From positions 1-64,000 of the forward strand of contig NW_026855956.1 in NCBI RefSeq assembly GCF_026571515.1: a stretch of 64,000 nt of DNA, given 5' to 3'. The stretch comes from Ruditapes philippinarum (lineage: Eukaryota). Below the pieces are notes generated by a model. It was given only the letters and a program-made list of their open reading frames with translations, did not search any database and had not been told where the DNA came from. Position 1 is the stretch's first letter. Each line of letters starts with the position of its first letter. The translations under genes and the position numbers were made by a program. Positions 52,308-64,000 of the stretch are shown piece after piece.

Positions 52308-52969
52308 AGGATCTCCACTGAGATTTTCTTACATAGATCATCTGCGGTATTTAAAATAAAGATATGCAAAAGATAATTATAAGAAATATACACTGAAATG
52401 ATTGAAATTTTAATGTTTGTGCTATCTTAGCCCGGTTTGAGTGAAAGGCGTTGCAATGCTGTTTAATGTTGGGTCATTTTTTCACATTTTATTCTTGGAA
52501 AAAGAAATGAGCGAATGATTTGAAATTTTTTCGCACAAGTTATTATTCTCGATCTACATCAAATGAAACTGAAATCTCTTGAAATTATTTCATATTTTAT
52601 GACAAAAAACAAAACAAAACAAACAAACAAACAAATAACACCAAAAAAAAAAACAACAACAAAAACCAGTCAAGGCCCTTTAATATTAAAGTATAATTAG
52701 AAATTTGTTAGTAAAATATCTCGTTTAAGATCTCTTGGTCTCCTAAGCCCGTGTGCTGCATGTATTCATGCATGCAGAGTAAGGCTGTCCGCCCGCTTAA
52801 CTCATAGACGCCCGCTTAACACATTGGTCAAATAAAGAGATTATCGGATTAGTAATCCAGTACTCAAACAAAATTCAGATATCATGTGGAAAAAGTAGTC
52901 GTTCTCATTTGGAAATGATACACTATTTATTGTGAAAAATTACAAACAGCAGTACATAGTATGCATTAT

Positions 52970-53978
52970 TCATACACAAACAGGCTTTTGTGCAAAATAT
53001 AAGCACGTGCAATTTTTTCCGTCAACTATTTTCCAATGGTTCCATGGAATTATTCCACCAGCTGGATCTCGACAATTCGGACCTGAAATCAAAGATAGGC
53101 CTCTCCTTACAGAAGATATAGTTCAAAACTTAACCATGCTGATTTTCGTGTAATGGGCTTGACCGGCATTAAGCTTGGAACAATCCATTCCTTTTTTTCA
53201 GTGATATCAAACTACAAAAAACAGCGCTACCAATAGTGTAGAACCAAGTCAGATTTGCAGATGGCCTAAGTCTATAACAGTGGCAAAGGTCAATCTATGG
53301 TGGCTGCTTTGAGCCATGTCGTTTATGGTTTAAACTTAACGGTGTACCATTCACACCCGTAGTGCCAGCGTGTCCGAGTGTTTAAATTTCGGACTTGTAA
53401 TCTAAGGGTTGCTGTCTGCATGGGTTCAAACCCCGTCAGGAGCAAGACTTTGTTTCCTTGAGCAAGAAACTTTACACTCATTGCTTAGTATTTGTTAGTC
53501 CCAGAAACTGATTCGAAAGTGTTCCAATCCAACACAATCGAACTAAAATAAATTTTGTATAAAACTTTCTCACCCAAACATTAGCAAGATTTATTTATAA
53601 CATGCGCAAAATACACTATATTACCTATTTATCTTCTATATTTCTATATGCAATCGTATACTCCATTTATTTAAATGTTAAATGTAGCCAATAGAAGTAA
53701 TCATATTGATAAAAACACAGCACATTACCGTTGGGACAATATTCACAGCAATCCGTCGGCTGATATTTCGCCGGGTCCACACAGGTTGGAGGCGGACACG
53801 GGGGAGGATAACATAAGGTCTGGTTGCCAACTGTACATGGATACGGGCAGTAGTGCACCGTTACATTCTTCATACTTGCAGTCGGTAAATGGTTTTCGTC
53901 ATCAGCATTTATTCCGATGATTAATAAAAGATTTATAAAAAGAATGCACACTAAAGTGTAAGTAAAATAAAACTCCAT
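52970..53978 (-). CDS. Small secreted cysteine-rich VWC-like protein (120 aa), 2 exons
   Basis: Exon 53978-53729 encodes a hydrophobic signal peptide plus CPYPC...CYPPPCPPPTCVDP...DCCEYCPN. It splices in phase 1 to exon 53082-52970 (GPNCRDPAGGIIPWNHWKIVDGKNCTCLYFAQKPVCV*). The CCxxC motif is typical of VWC modules. Confidence 0.8.
53355..53560 (+). mobile_element. tRNA-derived SINE of a second family (CORE-like centre) in the intron of the VWC-like gene
   Basis: A/B-box-like head (GTGTCCGAGTG...GGGTTCAAACCCC), then CCTTGAGCAAGAAACTTTACACTCATTGCT. Inverted fragments occur at ~59760-59850 and ~61150-61210. Confidence 0.62.
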
Positions 53979-54179
53979 TGTTTATATTGTCTTTTTGTTA
54001 GTTTAATATGAAGGACAAGTAATATAGGTCAAGAAGATAAGAATCTTAATACTGTAAGTTTTCAAATTTGCAAAGCACTAAACTTTTTATGTTTCAATTT
54101 TAACCAAAACAAGTATAAAATATTATTTTAAGGTGTTTAGCTCAACTGTGGATCGATCGAGGCATTTGTCCTCGAAAAT

Positions 54180-55230
54180 CGGTCATTTATCTTCGGTCAT
54201 CAGTCATTTATCCTCGCTCATTGGTAATTTATCCTCGATTATCCTCATTTTTCCACCATTTCGATTATTGGCCATTTATCCCCGATCATTTGTCATTTAT
54301 CCTCGATTATAATAATTTATCCTCGATATTTCGTCATTTATCCTCTATTATCGAGTCATTTATCCACGATCAACGGTCATTTATCCTCGATCATCGAGTG
54401 ATTTATCATTTTATCTTTAATCATCCAGTCATTTATAATTTTAACCTCAATCAGCAAGTCATTTACTATTTTATCCTCAATCATCCAGTCATTTATCATT
54501 TTATCTTCAATCATCAAGTCATTTATCATTTTATCCTCAATCATCCAGTCATTTATCATTTTATCCTCAATCATCCAGTCATTTATCATTTTATCCTCAA
54601 TCATCTAGTCATTTATCATTTTATCCTCAATCATCAAGTCATTTATCATTTTATCCTCAATCATCCAGTCATTTATCATTTTATCCTCAATCAACCAGTC
54701 ATTTATCATTTTATCCTTCATTATTTATCATTTTATCCTCAATCATCAAGTCATTTATCATTTTATCCTCAATCATCCAATCATTTATCATTTTATCCTC
54801 AATCATCCAGTCATTTATCATATTATCCTAAATCATCAAGTCATTTACTATTTAATCATCAATCATCCAGTCATTAATCATTTAATCCATTTATCCTCAG
54901 TCACCCAGTCATTTATCATTTTATCCCCAATCATTCAGTCATTTATCATTTTATCCTCAATCCTCAAGTCATTTACCATTTAATCATCAATCATCTAGTC
55001 ATTTATCATTTAATCCATTTGTCCTCCAGTCACCCAGTCATTTAATCCTCAATCATTCAGTCATTTACCATTTAATCCTCAATCATCAAGTCATTTACCA
55101 TTTAATCCATTTATCATTTTATCCTCAATCACCCAGTCATTTATCATTTTATCCTCAATCATCAAGTCATTTACCATTTAATCCTTGATCATCTAGTCAT
55201 TTATCATTTTATCCTCAGTCATCAAGTCAT
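54180..55230. repeat. 30-bp minisatellite (ATTTATCATTTTATCCTCAATCATCCAGTC)n
   Basis: Near-perfect 30-bp units over ~54400-54960, flanked by shorter degenerate TCATTTATCCTC subunits. Confidence 0.93.
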
Positions 55231-55919
55231 GTTTCACACCGAGCAAATGTTTTCCATTGAGGTAGCAGCAATATTTGATAAGCTTCGTAACGGGTATAGT
55301 TTCTTTATTTCCTGTCAAGATACGAGTTTCTTAACCATTATCTCGTATAAAGGTTTGAAGTAAAAGACAGCCTGATTTACTAGGGGAAACGAACAAATTT
55401 GTTGAAAATATCTCGCGAAATGTTGTCAGTGTTGTTGTAACTCAACGTCAGCAAAGAAGAAAGAAATGAGAGGGTGGGGGATAAAATTTCAATAAAGCCG
55501 CATTTACACATCGACAATTTCAAATGCTTATAGAATGCAAAGAAAATGTAGTGTGTACAAGTGTGTTAGTTATATAAACATATACATGAACGAGTAAAAC
55601 GACTATTTAGTTGGTTCTGTTGTGCTTTGGATTTGGTAAAAATAAAGCTGAGATTGCCATCTAAGACGTCTGAATAATAATGGCAAGCGTGTCGTTCCAT
55701 AAAAAATCCTGCTTCCGGTCAATATTTAATGCAGTCCATATTTATAAAATAATATATATCGGACACGTTCTTTTTTCGGCCGTGGATACAGTCTTAAGTA
55801 TTCTGTGTTTGATACATATGTATATTTAAATTCTGCTTTTTCTATATGATAAATAGGTATAATGTCTATTTTATTAAAATATGCACGATTTTCAGTGAAT
55901 TCCATTGTCTACATAAATG

Positions 55920-58900
55920 TTATTGTACATAAAGTGTACATGTTCCTTTAATATCATGGATCTGATCACAGTTGAATGTCATAAATAAAGGACATGTTCC
56001 TCTTGTGTCGGGTGTGATCTGTATCGATGTTTGCAACTTCTCATCCGCCATTACATTCCTGAAAATAAATCAAATATATGAAAAATTATCTCTACGGCAC
56101 AGTTTTCATTAATGTGTAAATATGTATATGCACTTGCAATACTTCCAAGTATAGTAATGTTTGTATAGTTATGGTACATGACAGACATGTATATATACCG
56201 CGAGCATTTGTTTTCTTTAAAAGCCATGATTGTGTTTTGTACAGTTTTGTAGTTTGTTTACACTGGAGACAAAATGGTGGACATTGCCAACACATATTAA
56301 AGTTGGTTTGTGAAACAAGTTCGTTCAACTTATATTTGTATTTATCACTATTGATTCTGCTTCCTGGAATTTACCAGTACTGATTTCATATGAAGAAACA
56401 TGGTCGTGACCCATAAAAAATCTCAAACCGATGATATCTGGTTGAGAAGCAGACACTTTACCCGTTAGGTACCGCTCATCATATAGTTACATGACAAAAT
56501 CAACATTTTGAATAATAATTGCTTATTAAAATAAGTACAACTAATCAACAGGTATAGATTTTTGAAAATAAAAGTTTCGGGAAAATAAATAAATTTGTCA
56601 AATTGAATTCTAAAAATAGTCTGTATGGTGACGTCACGAATATTTTTTTCTAAAATTCAAACTATATGCTTACCTAGTAGAAAACACTTTCATGTGGCTC
56701 ATTCCGGGGCACTCGGCAAGAATGACACAATTTGTGAGGGATCTTGTCTTAAACGGGTTGTCAAAGCTAATCATCACTTCTACTGGCACCCCTGTCCTCA
56801 AAAACCGGTCTCGAATCTAAACATTTAAAACAAAATATTTTTAGATTATAAAAAAATAAGTATTTCTCACCAAGATTTTAGAGTTGAAAATAAAAAAATA
56901 AAGCAAAATCATATTTGAATGAATGTACAACTTGCCTGTCTGAAACTATAAGTTATGATCATTCGGCATGCATTATTTGAATTCTGTTTTCAGTTAGAAT
57001 TTAATCTTTTGGACGCATGCAACTTTAAAGCCGTATTATAAAATATATAATATCATAAAATTAAAAAAAGGATTACTGAAGTTTTTTGGCATGACGGGAC
57101 TTGAAATATTTTCTAAGATTTGAAAAACATTTAGTGTTGGTCTTAACCAATAACTTGTTCAGTTCATTTCCTCACTCTTTTTTTCCCAGTATATATTTAC
57201 TTGAATTGTGCAAAATGATCCAAAAATGAAAAGCGTTGCAACGTTTCTTAAACAAAAAACTGGCATAGAAACGCACAAAAATACCCAAAAAATCGATTTT
57301 CAAAAAAAATCTTTGATATTTCTTCATCATTTCAGATTTATCCATTTTAAGTGCCTTATTTGATCTATGTAAAAGTTTTCAAATTTATAGTTTAAGGCTT
57401 TTTTGACCTCAGTGGAGTTCCTTTAAAGAAAACCCTACCTGGACTGTCAAGTCGGGCAGTCGGAGCCTGAAGCTTTCCAGGGCTGCAAACTGTTGCCCGG
57501 ACTCCTTCACTTTACTAAGCATTGCACATCTAAACATTGCTCCCTCCGACACGGCGTCAACATACTCGTCCACGCTGACATGCATCGTTACACTCTGTTC
57601 TGTNNNNNNNNNNNNNNNNNNNNNNNNNNNNNNNNNNNNNNNNNNNNNNNNNNNNNNNNNNNNNNNNNNNNNNNNNNNNNNNNNNNNNNNNNNNNNNNNN
57701 NNNNNNNNNNNNNNNNNNNNNNNNNNNNNNNNNNNNNNNNNNNNNNNNNNNNNNNNNNNNNNNNNNNNNNNNNNNNNGCCCTTTCTGTTGAAAATGATAA
57801 TAGCCGACGATATTCCACTCGGTTATTTCCTGCTTTAGAATATAGACTGGCTCATTGGCACGTTATTTTATTGGTAAAAAATAAATATAATAAAAAAAAG
57901 ATAGAAATAAAGAGAATGTTATATTTAAACATGGAAGTATCACTTTTGTTAAACGTTTATTTAATTCCATGACGCTATTTTCATCCGAAAATCTGAAAAC
58001 TGTGTAATTTTGTGAGAACAAAAAAATTAAACAAAAACAAGACTAAAATTTTCCCCATTGCTGACTGAACGAATGCATATCTACTAGACGCCGCGTGCAC
58101 GCGGCGTCTGATAATATCCCGTGTAAACTAGGTTTATATGTCTGAGAATTTCCGCGCCAAAGGTTAGCTTTTTGTTAACGCATTTTGCAAGTTAATAAAT
58201 AACATTATTTTGTGGACAGTTAAAGAGATTTGAATTTGAACAAACTTGGCCAATGGAAATAATATTTAAGTTAATAACAAGCCTAAGCTGTCTATAAAAA
58301 GGACATGCGAAAATGAAATGAAATTCATTTTCTATACTATTCGAATTGCATTTAATGCCTTTTCTTCCAATAACATTACTGTACTAATATAATTATAATC
58401 TATTACGACAATTTTATCATTTATGACAATACAAAAGTGCCAAACGCTCATGTCACCCATTGTTAACTAAAGTTTACTTGTTGTCTAATATTCTGTTTAA
58501 ACGTCGTTGACGTTGATTTCGTATACATATCGTAATATTGTAAAAAAAACTCATTGCAAATAATTGTGACAAAAACGTTGCATTGGTAGATCCGTGCATA
58601 TTTTCACATGAATACTTCCTTTATAAATGATGCATTTTGCATCTTTGTACATAGTATTAGTCTTAAATCTTGTCATTAAAAGTAATTTTCTTTTTTATTA
58701 CAACTTACGTTGATAAGCTTCTATTTCAATATCTAAGGCTTCTTGTTTACACTGACGTACGACGGTTCCCGTGTATTTTGTCACTTCACATATCAGTCGT
58801 CCGGATAAAGTTTTAGAAACACCAGACGAATTGGACATCTCAATAACCACCTCAAAATCCTCCCCGATCTTGACAGATTTTGGTGTCAGTATTTGAATTT

Positions 58901-61900
58901 TAATGTCCTGGAAAAAATGTTGTTCAATGTTTATTTCGGAAGGTTATTTAGCATTCATCCGTGCATCATTTCATTATTATAATAAAGGAAATTTACAAAA
59001 ATGTGTCTTTCATCTGAAATCGTGCATAAATATATTCCTTACTCTTCGTTAATGTTTGTAACATATCATCCTCCATTCAAATATTTGTAATTTACTTGCG
59101 ATTACTGTATACTCAGATATTTTCGAGAGGCAAAAATTTCGCGAAATCAAAATTTCGGACTGTTGGACCAATGTTAAATATCATCGCGAGTTTCTAAATT
59201 TAGTTCAGTGAAACTGATATGACACTTACATGAATGCGAAAATTGACTTTTATGTTCGAGAAAATCTTCATTTCGCAAAATTAAATGCCTCCCGATTTTT
59301 TTTTATTTTACAGTATATGTAAAGTATTTATCGTAGACTACAAAAGCAGCCTAATGTAAATTGCCCCTTGAAGAGGAGAGTAAGTTTTTTCTGATGTTAC
59401 ATTAAAACAGTAAAAAAAGAAGCTTACATTGTCCTTCGTATAAATTCTACTTAGACCACGTGGGGCACTTTGGGTTGCTGACAAGACAGACATCCGCTCC
59501 CTCTCACTTCCTGTTTTGCAAAATATCAAAAGAAAAAAATTCACTTTTCGAATACACTATAGGGCTATTTGCACAGTATAAAAATAAACAGCCACGGTGT
59601 GTCATTTAAATGTTTATAAAGAAAGTTAAACTGAAATGGTAATGTAGTCATGACAAAGTATGGCCTTAGACCAAATAACTTACTTTTAGAAATTTGCATG
59701 CAAAGTCGTAAGTTAATATCGAATTTTTTAGTTCCATTTTGTAGGAAACCATAAGCTTAAAGACACAACTTTGAATCCGTTTTGGTACCAGCCAATATTG
59801 AGCAATTAATGAGTGTAAAATTTCTTGCTCAAGGAAACAAGGGATTGATCTTGACAGGGGGAAGGGCTTAAATGCAATGCCATTAAGAGTTAAGAAAAGC
59901 CTACCTTCTATGTATTTGTACTGGGACGTGATATCATCTCTGAATTTTTCAAAGTCGTCAAAATTATCTGGTATAGGAAGACCGTCCGGTTTCTTTGTAC
60001 TCAACATCTTCCCTACTCTATATATAAGATAAATCAAATTAATCAATCAATCAATTGATCACTTATTAATCAAAGATGAATATAGCTCTTCTTTGCTTTT
60101 AACATCTTACAAACTAAATAAAAGGAAAACAACTTTTTTAGATAATCAAATGAATGAATGAATGAATGAATGAATGAATGAATGAATTAATGAATGAATG
60201 AATGAATTAATTAATTAAATGTTAGAAATAATTCAGGTTTTTAGTGAAACAGGGGTATTTAAATTTTCAAATATTGCTAGTTTTCACTATAGGACTTACA
60301 GTAAGTTATTTTCTCCCATCTTCGTAATAATGGTTACAAAATATTTCTAACACGCAAATAATTAATACGTGTATATATTTTCTTATAAAAAACGATAATG
60401 ACCAGTTAATTAGTTTTAAAAAAGTAGTCAACCACACAATCAAACAGCATTTTAATTTTTGGCAAACACTTTGATGCACGAGTCTAATGTGAATGACCAG
60501 GTGTCTTGCCGCAAAATAATTAACAACGCAGTTTCAGAAAAAAGTATTTATTTATATATTTATGTTAGTGCCTGCAGCTTTTGCATTCATGGCAAACTTT
60601 CAATGTGGTAATGAATGACATTTCTTCTTTGAATGTATGTACAATTTTAAATGTAAAAGTACATTTGTATTTAATTCAAGACTGAACTTTGCTTTCAAGG
60701 GATAGTAAATCTATATAGAAATAAGAGATAACGTTACAAGTAAGCAAACACAAATAAATGGTCTATATATAGTAGTCAGTTTTTCAAAAGCGTATGCCTA
60801 TTTATATAACTTGTGCAAAATAAAGCTCGTTTTACTGAAAATCAAAATACAGAATGACATAAATGGAATTCCATGACTCATAACTAGAACGCTGGGATTC
60901 CGATTCATTTTTGAAAAAATCAGATTGTTTTATTTTAATATCGCTCGGTATGTCATTGCACCATCTGTCAACAATTTGTTTATAAATATTTTGTTCTGAT
61001 ACAGTTTGCTTTCTTTTTGTCTATGTTTTTATTTGTATTATTATTGATTTTAGTTTTGAAAATGAAGATGTGTGACACGAGACAAAGGCTATTACATGTA
61101 GTTTTCTTTATAAAGATTCGATTATGTTGTAAAATTACAAGCTTAAAGAAACACCTGGAAACAACCAGTACCAAGCAATGAGTGTAAATTCTTACCCAAG
61201 GAAACAAGCCAAGTCAAGTCAAATAGTTCATTGGCATAAACATTTTACACGTTAATCGCCAACAACGGCCGTTTACGGGGGCTAGAAATCCTTGCATTAC
61301 TATAGTCCGACATGTTTACCACTCGGTCATGCCGCTACATGTTTTCCTATTGGGTGTACATATTTCTCAACCTTTCTATATGTTAAATGCACTCACGCAG
61401 ATTTGTCTATGTTCATCGTCTGCCAGCTCCCGTCGTCCTGTTTACCCCAGTGCACCCGGTCCGCGTTCACTTCAGCATAGATAAATGCCGTGTCGTAATT
61501 CACGTCACATTTCCCATTCAGAATGGCTGTCAGGGGAGACGGGCCGCATCGGAATTCACCTAAACAAAATGACAATTTTGAAATAAATAAAGTCTAAGCA
61601 AACATTAAAGAGATCCCACGCTTTCTAAAATGATTACAGATATGGAAAGTGGCTACAATTTCCGATTTTTTAACGAACGAGCTATTGACTGTAATTCACA
61701 TGAGTGCACGTCATTATGTTTTTGTAGATATCTTACACTAAAATATGCTAAAATTAAGCAAAGAATAATTAATTGTAATCATTTTTTACCATCACTAGTT
61801 TCCTGTGGCGTCGAGTCTAAAACCTGCCAACCGTCGTTCCCTGCCGGCAAATCTTTTCTCCTCATCCAAACGTCATTCCAGACATGAAAATTCCTGTCAA

Positions 61901-63869
61901 GAAAAAAAAACGAATATTTTTTTCTTTAAATATACAGAACAAAATAGTGAAAGTCTATCCGGTTTCTCAAACCACAGTGTCCAACCGTTACACTGAGCGA
62001 CAGAATAAAAATGGATAGGTCTGTCCTAGTAACTGGTTCCGTCTGTAGATGATTGGACACAGTGTTGACACTGAAATTAAATAGCTTACCGTCATATAAG
62101 ACTATTTTATTCTTTCGATATAAATATATAAGCTTTTATCATTGAACATGAACGATTGTAAATGAAATGGTAAAAGATCTAACGCCATGAGAGAATATGC
62201 CATTTCTGTCTGGTAATGAAAATAGAAGTAAAAGATGTGAAATCAGGTTGAAATACTAGTATGTTAAAATAACCCGAGAGCCCGCTGACGCTGAAATGAA
62301 AATGGAAAATCATAAATCATTATATGATATTTTTTAAATTTAAAAAAAAGCCACGCGCGAAGTTGACACACATTATACATTGATAGTGATGGTTTCCATA
62401 GTGTAAAAGTGAAAGGAAAAAACTACTCAAGGGCTGTATGGACTGAGCTTGGATTCAGAGAAATTCTTCTGCATAGATAAATTCATTGCCTTACCATATA
62501 GAGTCTGTGTTCAGGGATGTTAGCTCGGAATTGCCACGGTTATCCCAATGTACATCAACAGTTACACTTCCGTCAGTATCATGTGCAGACGAGAAATTGG
62601 TCACTGTCCGACATGGAATACCAATCGCTCTGCAAACTGAAACAATCCGTGGAAAAAATAATATCTAAAGTCTACAAGTTATATCAACTTTTCATTGTCT
62701 TACAGTGTGTTTCGGGACGAAAAACACGTTTGTAAAAAAAGAGCATGGTCGAAAAGCAGTATCATAATTTTAAAGTTTCGAGCCCAGAAACTGTTGTTTG
62801 TGATTAAAAATAATCTTTCCAGGAGATTTTCAACAATTTAAATATTATTAAAGATTATGAAAGATTATTAAAATAATAAACTGTTGTTTGTGATTAAAAA
62901 AATTCAAGGCGATTTTTTACAATTCAAAGATTTTTTAAAAGATAAACTCTTTTTTTCAACTGAAATTATGGATGAAAATCCAATAAAAAACACAACTTTC
63001 AAACAAATAATTGCCTAAACAATGAATGTATTATTATCAGAATTTTAATTGTTTTCTAAATGAATGTTAAACTAAAAACGAACATATAATGTTAAAATTA
63101 TGGACGGGATGTTGCACAGGCCGTATGGATTGCTGGATCAAATCAAGATATAAAGTAAATAACATACATGTACAAAAATGTGATTTAATACTCACCTGTA
63201 GTTACAATACCAGCAAACACAAAACATTGTCCATATTTTACGGGCATCTTTGACTTCATAAACTCCCTAAGAATAGACACACTGCCCACCCAGGAGAGAG
63301 GGGCGGTGCCGTTCCTATAGTTACCCGACCAGTTACCGGATAAAACTCCATTGTCGTCATTGCTATTGACCTAAAAACACATATGTTACGGCCGTTCTTA
63401 AAAAGATCATTTGCTTTATGAGAATAGAATGAAAACTACTGTCAACTGGCATATTTGCGTAAACAATATATTTCCCGGAGAAAAAGTGTTTCATTTTATG
63501 TTCATTCTTGAAAAACACCTGCTTTTGTGGTTTATGTAAGAACAAGACTGTTTCTAAATCTCTGGAATTTAACTTGATAAAAAAGTCAAAAATTATTCAA
63601 CAAATTGAATGCAAAATTTCCACATTGCGTATGCACCTTTCAACCCGATTTACATACAGTATTTACTCAACACTCATGCACTTAATAGAGAGAGAGAAAA
63701 ACAACAACCGACAAACATAATTAATCTAAAGCTGTATTGTATGAAAATCACGTGCTATTTTGGAGATTGCCCTCGACATCCGAACCGGATCCCCCATGGC
63801 TCTCTTTGGCTGGGATTTAAACGCCTTCTTTATGCAATAAAGGGCGGCTTCAAGTATACCAGATTCAAA
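55920..63869 (-). CDS. Protein-glutamine gamma-glutamyltransferase (transglutaminase), catalytic core and C-terminal barrels; 5' exons lie beyond the window
   Basis: Exons 63869-63756 (GC donor), 63370-63196, 62636-62495, 61893-61790, 61559-61397, 60017-59905, 59510-59428, 58907-58709, 57603-57439 (acceptor lost in the N gap), 56816-56674 and 56058-55920. Catalytic triad motifs [17 protein letters not shown] and [11 protein letters not shown] are present, plus FIYAEVNAD and DITSQYKY. Confidence 0.93.
57604..57777. other. Assembly gap (N run) removing one transglutaminase splice acceptor
   Basis: 174 N immediately upstream (minus strand) of the exon segment 57603-57439. Confidence 1.
59103..59315. 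mobile_element. Possible Tc1/mariner-type MITE (TACTGTA...TACAGTA)
   Basis: Short inverted termini with TA flanks and internal repeated (TT)CGCGAAA motifs. Confidence 0.4.
60149..60205. repeat. (AATG)n microsatellite
   Basis: About 14 units with one interruption. Confidence 0.92.
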
Positions 63870-64000
63870 CTGAAAAAGTAAAGAAATATTGTAACGTTTC
63901 CTACAGCGTTTCAATATTAGGCGCCAAGGCTGGCTGGAGAAATGTAAAACATGCATGCCAACGTTGAAACGAACGACACTGGAAAACGGCAATATGTACA

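Noticed and set aside
54221-54877. 218-aa ORF of (HPVIYHFILN)n
   Set aside because: Translation of the 30-bp minisatellite with no ATG start or splice context.

Overview
AT-rich eukaryotic genomic DNA with spliced genes. The repeat families suggest a bivalve mollusc, probably a venerid-type clam (inference). Six gene models can be built by hand. TRAPPC8 (minus strand, 5' part) runs off the left edge through error-rich sequence and sits head-to-head with GABARAPL2/ATG8 (plus, 4 exons, 118 aa). The others are an SLC10 sodium/bile-acid cotransporter-like gene (plus, 3 exons), an SLC16/MCT transporter (plus, 7 exons, one apparent frameshift), a small secreted cysteine-rich VWC-like protein (minus, 2 exons) and a transglutaminase (minus, 10 exons visible, 5' end beyond the window). 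There is also a decayed C2H2 zinc-finger gene fragment. Non-coding DNA is dense with HINE/Helentron-type elements, tRNA-derived SINEs, MITEs and tandem arrays. The most unusual structure is a 47-bp tandem array that repeats the branch point, 3' splice site and first 12 nt of the last GABARAPL2 exon 14 times; each of the 13 upstream copies would end the protein at Gly92-stop. Also notable are a U12-type intron in TRAPPC8, a 2.4-kb CAC...GTG element with ~590-bp inverted ends and a 5-bp TSD, several CAG...CTG MITEs with 5-bp TSDs, and a Pol III-type promoter followed by ~1.8 kb without a TTTT terminator. Two N gaps lie at 13497-13801 and 57604-57777.
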